DNA of 64,000 nucleotides from Myxococcota bacterium (GTDB lineage Bacteria; Myxococcota_A; Polyangia; Nannocystales; Nannocystaceae): NCBI GenBank assembly GCA_039194325.1, contig JBCCWC010000001.1, positions 64,001 to 128,000 of the forward strand, read 5' to 3'. Shown piece by piece: positions 56,511 to 64,000 of this stretch (position 1 is its first letter; each line of letters starts with the position of its first letter). The notes under the pieces were generated by a model. It saw only the letters and a program-made list of their open reading frames with translations, ran no database searches and was not told where the DNA came from. The position numbers and the translations under genes were made by a program.

Positions 56511-56960
56511 TCAGATCTTCAGCACTTGCATGCGGGTGTACTGGAGCTCGATCGTGTCGATGACCACGCCCGGGCTGCCGGCGTTTAGATCGCCCGTGCT
56601 CCACTTGGTGGGGTAGGCTCGGTAGAAGAACCAGGCGGCGGCCGGTCGCTGCTGCTCATCGAGCACCTGGACCAGCACGTCGGTGGTCATGTAGCGAAAA
56701 GAAGAGAGCGCTAGCGTCATCTGCAAGTTGACGAAGGACCCCACCACCATCCCCCGCGTGAGCGTGAGCGGGCTGTTGCTGAGCTTGTCGGGCAAGCCCC
56801 AGGGGTGCAGGTTGTGGCCCCCTTCGATCAATTTCGTGGTGTCCATGGTCGCCGAGAGCCCCGAGACGCTCTGGAAGTGCGTCTCCAGCGGGAACCCGTC
56901 GTTGATCCACCGGGTGAACGAGACCTTGAAGCGGTGGCTGAGTATGGGCGGGTCGGTCAT
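56511..56960 (-). CDS. Phage-tail tube protein gp19-like (Afp5-like)
   Basis: FQSVSGL, LTLTRG, AYPTKWSTGDLNA, IELQY. Confidence 0.9.
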   Translation of the reverse strand: MTDPPILSHRFKVSFTRWINDGFPLETHFQSVSGLSATMDTTKLIEGGHNLHPWGLPDKLSNSPLTLTRGMVVGSFVNLQMTLALSSFRYMTTDVLVQVLDEQQRPAAAWFFYRAYPTKWSTGDLNAGSPGVVIDTIELQYTRMQVLKI

Positions 56961-56975
56961 GACTTCGCTACTGAG

Positions 56976-57422
56976 CTACGGGTTCATGATGGAGATCCCC
57001 GAGGCCATCAGCTCGAAGGTATCGACTGACACCTCGCGGCCGTCGGCGCTGAACGAGGGCGGGGTGAGCTTGGTGGGGACAGCCCGGGCGATCTGCCAGA
57101 CCACGGTGGGGCTGCCGTGGGCATCGCAGAGGCTGACGGTCATCGAGCGCGCGCCTCCTTGCGCAAACCACTGGTACAAGGACATGTCGCCCGCGGCCAT
57201 GGTGCCGCGCTTGAGGGTGAGGGGCTTGTACTGATCTACGTGGTAGACCGCGAGCTGCTCCCCCTCCCAGGCGCTCATCCCGTGGCGGTAGGTCACGGTC
57301 TCGCTGGCGAGCTCGAGGCCCGAGACCTCCGAGACGCTCATCATCAGGCCGTCGACCGAGACCTGAAAGTTGTACGCCATCAGCGGCGGCGTGGTGAGCT
57401 CGGTGTCTTCATCGATTGCCAT
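56976..57422 (-). CDS. Phage-tail tube protein gp19-like
   Basis: YNFQV, SEVSGL, LTLKRG, AVPTKLTPPSFSA. Confidence 0.88.
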   Translation of the reverse strand: MAIDEDTELTTPPLMAYNFQVSVDGLMMSVSEVSGLELASETVTYRHGMSAWEGEQLAVYHVDQYKPLTLKRGTMAAGDMSLYQWFAQGGARSMTVSLCDAHGSPTVVWQIARAVPTKLTPPSFSADGREVSVDTFELMASGISIMNP

Positions 57423-57516
57423 GTTCGTTCACTCTCGCCCAGATCGCTCGTGCGCCGCCGCGAAGCGTCGGGGACGGGCCTGCGCTCCGTTGCCCGCCGC
57501 GCAGACCCGCCCCCGC

Positions 57517-57990
57517 CTAGAGCACCTCGACCATCACCGCGTCGGCCATCAGCTCCATGGTCTCCACGGCCACGTCGTTGCCGTTGGCGTCGAACGAGGG
57601 GGCGTCGAGCTTGGTGGGAAACGCGTTGCTGACCTTCCAGCTGATGATGGCGCTCCCGGCCTCGTCGAGCAGGCGGACGTAGATGTCTTTCTTGTCCACC
57701 TGATTGAGCTGGACCGACTGGATCCACTCGTACAGGTTGGTCATGCTGTCGGCGGTGACCAGGCCCTTCTCGAGGGTGACCGTGGCGTTGGAGGGCTGCG
57801 ACGGCATGTGCATGACCACGGGGCCGACCTTGCCGCCCTCGGTCTGGCTCTGCTTGTAGGTGGTCGTCTCGTAGGACATGCTGAGCCCCGAGACCTTGGC
57901 GAACGAGACCGCGGTGCCGTCGATCTCGACCCGGTAGTTGTAGACCGGCAGCGGGTAGGAATTCTTGATCTCTTCTCTAGACAGAGCCAT
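57517..57990 (-). CDS. Phage-tail tube protein gp19-like (Afp1-like)
   Basis: YPLPVYNYRVEI, FAKVSGL, NAFPTKLDAPSFDANGNDVAVE. Confidence 0.92.
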   Translation of the reverse strand: MALSREEIKNSYPLPVYNYRVEIDGTAVSFAKVSGLSMSYETTTYKQSQTEGGKVGPVVMHMPSQPSNATVTLEKGLVTADSMTNLYEWIQSVQLNQVDKKDIYVRLLDEAGSAIISWKVSNAFPTKLDAPSFDANGNDVAVETMELMADAVMVEVL

Positions 57991-57994
57991 GGGC

Positions 57995-59350
57995 TTATGC
58001 CTCCTGGACCTTGTGGGTGAACTTGAGCACGATGAACTCGGCGGGGCGCGACGCGGCGATGCCGATCTCCACGTTCATTCGGCCCTCGAGGACGTCTTGC
58101 TCGGTCATCGTTCGACCGAGGCCCACGTTGACGTAGTAGGCCTGCTCGGGGCTGGTGCCGGCCAGGGCCCCCTGCTCCCACAGCCGATACAGGTAGCTCT
58201 CGATCATGCCGCGGACCTTGAGCCAGGTGGTCTCGTCGTTGGGCTCGAACACGGCGAAGGCGGTCGACTTTTGGGTCGACTCCTCGATCTGGTTGAACAG
58301 CCGCCGAGTCGAGACGTAGCGCCACTCATTGTCGTTGCCCGCCAGGGTGCGAGCGCCCCACACGAGGGTGCCCTTGCCGGTGAAGGCCCGGACCGCGTTG
58401 ATCGACTTGCCGGCGGTGGGATCGACGTTGAGCCCCTCTTGGGCGTCGTTGGAGATCTTGAGGGTGGGCGCCACCACCGAGGCGAGGCTTACGTTGGCGG
58501 GGGCCTTCCAAACGCCGCGATCACGGTCGACCGAGGCGTAGACCCCCGCGATCGCGGCGCTGGGGGGCATGGTGATCCGCTGCTGGGCGAGGGCGAGCTT
58601 GATCTCGCTATAGAGCGCGGTCTTGGTGGAGCGGATCGTCGCGAGGGTGTCGCCGCCGACCGTCACGCTGGCTTCGTCGTGCGGGTAGCTCAGCGAGGTC
58701 TGCAGGTGGGGGTGGTACGCGGCGCCGTACATCAGGTCATTCGTGCCTATGCCGTCGCGGAATCCGGTGACGTCCGCGTCGTCTAGGACGTCGAGGATGA
58801 CGAAGCGATCGCGCAGCTTGGCACACTGCGCAAGCGCGCTCTGGGCCAAGTCGTGGTAGTCGGCCGGTGGTAGGTCGACCGCGTCGGTCAGCACGATGAG
58901 GGTGGGCTCATCTTCTTGTTCGATGAGCGCGAGCCCGGCCTCGAACGCGGCCTTGGCGGGGACGGTCGTGTCGTAGTCGCCGATCGTCGCGATGTAGCAG
59001 GGGCCACCGCCGTTCTTGAAGTACAGGTTGACCGCGTGGTAGAGCAGGAAGCTCGGCTCTGCGGCGGGCGCCTCGCGAGTGAGGGCGTCGAGCCGCTCGT
59101 CGTCTCCGGTGCCGGTGGTGGTGGCGCTATAGCCACGGATCTTGGGGCCTCCGAAGATCTCCTCGAATTCCAGCATGGTGGAGATCTTGGCGATCTGGGG
59201 GATATACGTGATGGGAGGACCCTGGTCGTAGCTTCCTCCTTTTTGGGTATATCCGACAAACGCCGGAACTGCGGTCGACACCTCGGCCACCGATGGTGGC
59301 AGCGTAGAAATCTCTTCGACGTAAACGCCGGGCCTCTTGTACATAGCCAT
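57995..59350 (-). CDS. Contractile tail sheath protein
   Basis: YKRPGVYVEE, TAVPAFVGY, RGVWKAPAN, VWGARTL, VFEPN, RPAEFI. Confidence 0.95.
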   Translation of the reverse strand: MAMYKRPGVYVEEISTLPPSVAEVSTAVPAFVGYTQKGGSYDQGPPITYIPQIAKISTMLEFEEIFGGPKIRGYSATTTGTGDDERLDALTREAPAAEPSFLLYHAVNLYFKNGGGPCYIATIGDYDTTVPAKAAFEAGLALIEQEDEPTLIVLTDAVDLPPADYHDLAQSALAQCAKLRDRFVILDVLDDADVTGFRDGIGTNDLMYGAAYHPHLQTSLSYPHDEASVTVGGDTLATIRSTKTALYSEIKLALAQQRITMPPSAAIAGVYASVDRDRGVWKAPANVSLASVVAPTLKISNDAQEGLNVDPTAGKSINAVRAFTGKGTLVWGARTLAGNDNEWRYVSTRRLFNQIEESTQKSTAFAVFEPNDETTWLKVRGMIESYLYRLWEQGALAGTSPEQAYYVNVGLGRTMTEQDVLEGRMNVEIGIAASRPAEFIVLKFTHKVQEA

Positions 59351-59376
59351 CGTCTCCTACAATCAGAACGGGAGGG

Positions 59377-59547
59377 AGGTCAGTTTCGGAAGGTCAGCTT
59401 CGGAAAGGTCAGCTTCGGAAAGGTCAGCTTCGGAAAGGTCAGCTTCGGAAAGGTCAGGTCAGGAAAGCTCGGTCAGGCCGATTGGTTCGAGCCCATTGGG
59501 TCAGGCCACTTGGGTCAAGCCACTTGGGTCAAGCCACTTGGGTCATG
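59377..59547. repeat. Two GGTCA-core tandem arrays upstream of the sheath gene
   Basis: Four exact AGGTCAGCTTCGGAA units (59391-59450) with degenerate flanks, and CCACTTGGGTCAAG twice plus one variant (59506-59547). Confidence 0.9.
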
Positions 59548-60371
59548 AGCCTGATCAGCGTGAAGAAGGTCGGTTCCGAGTGGGTGACCGACTCGACCGT
59601 CGTCTCCACGGCGGCGTAGTCTCCCAGGGATGGGTTGGGTAGATGGCCGATCTGCCTGAGCCCATCGAGGTGGAGCTCGAGCCACGGCCGGGGCTCTCGC
59701 CGCAGGGTGATCGGCGCGCTGCTCAGGAATCGCAGGCGCCGGAGCGACGGATATCGCTGCTCCAGCGCGGCGGCGATGGGATCGGTGGCGGTGGGGGGAC
59801 TCGCGTCGAACTGCAGCGGGGTCGCGCCGGGAGCCGGGTCGCTGTCGACCATGGTGAAGGTGCCCGTGTCGACATCGGTCACCACGTAGTAAGCCCACCG
59901 CGCGACCTTGGACGCGAGCCCGAGGTCGAAGACCCGCGGGCCGGTTGACGGGTCCATGGCCTCGAGGCCGGTGATTTCCACGTTGGCAAACGTGGTTGCG
60001 CCAAGGCGCGCGGTGAGATCGTCCTCCAGCGACAGCGGGCCGCTCGCGCCGGGGGCGAGGCTCGTGTTGCGGTAGGTTGGGGCGCCCATGCCAGCGCGGG
60101 CGCTCAGGTCGGTGAACCGAGACAGCCCCGGGCGGGTCGAGATCAGGCGAAACGACAGGGACGCGCCCGCGCGGAAAGGGATCTGGGGGCTCGTTTGGGC
60201 GTCGACGCCCACGAAGACCCGCACGCCTCCCGGCCATGGCTTGACCACCAGCCGATGGCTGTGCGCCAGCGCCTGCGTCGTCTCGGCGGGCTCGAAGGCC
60301 AGCTCCGGACAGCGTCCGTCGGCATAGTAGCCGTGGGATACTTGGATCTCGAACAGTGGCGCGAAGATCAT
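59529..60371 (-). CDS. eCIS-associated protein next to the cap gene (possible cap adaptor)
   Basis: LFEIQVSHGYYADG...WAYYVV...LPNP, located between DUF4255 and the sheath. Confidence 0.65.
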   Translation of the reverse strand: MIFAPLFEIQVSHGYYADGRCPELAFEPAETTQALAHSHRLVVKPWPGGVRVFVGVDAQTSPQIPFRAGASLSFRLISTRPGLSRFTDLSARAGMGAPTYRNTSLAPGASGPLSLEDDLTARLGATTFANVEITGLEAMDPSTGPRVFDLGLASKVARWAYYVVTDVDTGTFTMVDSDPAPGATPLQFDASPPTATDPIAAALEQRYPSLRRLRFLSSAPITLRREPRPWLELHLDGLRQIGHLPNPSLGDYAAVETTVESVTHSEPTFFTLIRLMTQVA

Positions 60372-60429
60372 GGTCGAGTCGTCTCCGTCGTCTGCATCGT
60401 CTGCATCGTCTGCACCGTCTGCATGGACA

Positions 60430-60999
60430 TCAGGCGATCTTTCGCTCGATCTGCTCGATTACAGGCACTTCGCGCGGATCTTCGTCGCGGAACACGACCA
60501 TCTTGACCCGGTAGAGGGCAGAGGGCTGGTAGCCCACCTTGAGCATGCTCCACATGTCGTTTTGTTGCTGCATGGTCATGGTGTGGAGCTCCATGGTCAG
60601 CTTCCCGATGCTCGGGGCCAGGGTCGGCGCATTCTGAGGCGTGATCACGCGATGGGCCTGGAAGTGGTGGATCACTCGTGAGAGGTAGACCAGCGACTGC
60701 TCGTACTCGGCGAATCGTGCCGCGAAGAGCACGTAGAGGTTCATGGGGATCTCGGGGTGGATCCGGCGGGTGGCCCCGTCTTCGCCCCGGCTGCGAAACG
60801 GCTCGGGGGGGCGCACCGTCCGATCCTCCTCCATGTTGATCATCACCACGTTGACCGCCCCCTCCTTGAAGGTGATCGAGCCATCGGCGGCGGTGTCGGC
60901 GAAGACCGCCTTGTCCTCGGCCGATTCCAAGTTCGCGGAATACCGACTAAATTGCTCGTTGAGGTGGCTCTTGAGAAAAGTGAGGACGGTGTCGATCAT
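60430..60999 (-). CDS. DUF4255 / Pvc16-Afp16-like cap protein
   Basis: INMEED, NLYVLFAA, YEQSL, WSML...YQPSALY. Confidence 0.88.
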   Translation of the reverse strand: MIDTVLTFLKSHLNEQFSRYSANLESAEDKAVFADTAADGSITFKEGAVNVVMINMEEDRTVRPPEPFRSRGEDGATRRIHPEIPMNLYVLFAARFAEYEQSLVYLSRVIHHFQAHRVITPQNAPTLAPSIGKLTMELHTMTMQQQNDMWSMLKVGYQPSALYRVKMVVFRDEDPREVPVIEQIERKIA

Positions 61000-61265
61000 C
61001 GAGCGAGTCCAAGGGCGAGGTCAGTGGGGTGGCCGGCAATGTCGACCGTCTCGACGCTGCATCGAATATGACCGCGTCGAGCTCACTCGAAGCGGATCGG
61101 CGGTAAGCCACTGAATCATCGACTGCCTCCCGCCGCTTCGTGCCGGTCGGGGTCGGTAGCCGCTTCCCACCATGCAGGGGCTTTCCCGAGGGCGCAAGAG
61201 GTCGAAATCGCCTGAAATCATCCTCGCGCCAGCGCGTGGCGCAGGATGTTCGTCACCACGACCGC

Positions 61266-63533
<2,268 letters not shown>

Positions 63534-63576
63534 GTGCTACCCGACCATGCTCTCACCACCGCACAGCGCAACCAAG

Positions 63577-63682
63577 CACGAGGCGGGCACGAGGCGGGCA
63601 CGGGGGTGGGCACGAGGCGGGCACGAGGCGGGCACGAGGCGGGCACGAGGCGGGCACGGGGGTGGGCACGGGGGTGGGCACG
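63577..63682. repeat. 11-12-bp tandem repeat (GGCACGAGGCG / GGCACGGGGGTG)
   Basis: About 9 units read directly, upstream of the kinase. Confidence 0.88.
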
Positions 63683-63783
63683 GCGGCTCTGAGGCCGCCC
63701 TCGGCTCGACTTCGCCCCGCCATCAAGCGCGAGGTGGGAGGTGGGATGACTCGCCACCTGCGATCTATGAAGATCGACCCGGC

Positions 63784-63999
63784 CTACTTCTTGTCCGACC
63801 CCGACGCACGCTCACGCGACCGCGGGGTGGTCAGCTCGAGGTTCTCCAGCAGATCCTCCAGCGCGATCTTCTTCTCCAGCCGCTGGCTCTGCAGCTCGAC
63901 GATCCTCCGGCCAAGGCGGTCCCCCTCAGAGGTAAACTCGTCGAGCCGAGTATTGAGCTTCTTGCGCAGCGCGCTGGCGGCCGGATCCTTCTTGATCGC
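63784..63999 (-). CDS. 3' end of a coiled-coil protein entering from beyond the window
   Basis: Hand translation gives AIKKDPAASALRKKLNTRLDEFTSEGDRLGRRIVELQSQRLEKKIALEDLLENLEL...DKK*. Confidence 0.65.
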   Translation of the reverse strand, partial: AIKKDPAASALRKKLNTRLDEFTSEGDRLGRRIVELQSQRLEKKIALEDLLENLELTTPRSRERASGSDKK

Positions 64000-64000
64000 C

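Noticed and set aside
59377..59547. Possible CRISPR array (also considered for 6853-7194 and 63577-63682)
   Set aside because: Units are 10-15 bp and head-to-tail with no unique spacers, and no cas genes are present
39645..60999. Prophage or canonical T6SS
   Set aside because: No capsid, portal, terminase or integrase, and no TssJLM, ClpV or split TssB/C. The Afp14, Afp15 and Afp16-like genes and DUF4157 indicate an eCIS.

Overview
High-GC bacterial chromosome segment. Its MYXO-CTERM-like tail, Thr/Ser-rich lipoproteins, ECF cassette and FHA/Ser-Thr kinase genes look like a Nannocystaceae-type myxobacterium (inference). The main feature is an apparently complete minus-strand extracellular contractile injection system (eCIS, Afp/PVC/AlgoCIS-like) at about 39.6-61.0 kb: cap, cap partner, sheath, three tubes, Afp6-like protein, LysM, VgrG, gp25, spike tip, an enlarged baseplate J, three tandem tail-fibre paralogues with divergent lower-GC tips, Afp12, tape measure and AAA ATPase. 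A hybrid histidine kinase lies upstream. Downstream are two DUF4157 cargo candidates that share an N-terminal motif, and one ends in a domain resembling spider-venom sphingomyelinase D. The left half holds tRNA-Arg(ACG) next to a low-GC islet, tRNA-Ser(GCT), an orphan HvfA-like EGSCG-repeat lipoprotein, murE, a degenerate RelA/SpoT synthetase, a membrane-fused ECF sigma factor, a mucin-type WxxW protein, and a CHAT-SIR2 plus transmembrane nSTAND1 pair. All family calls come from motifs recognised by eye. No database searches were run.
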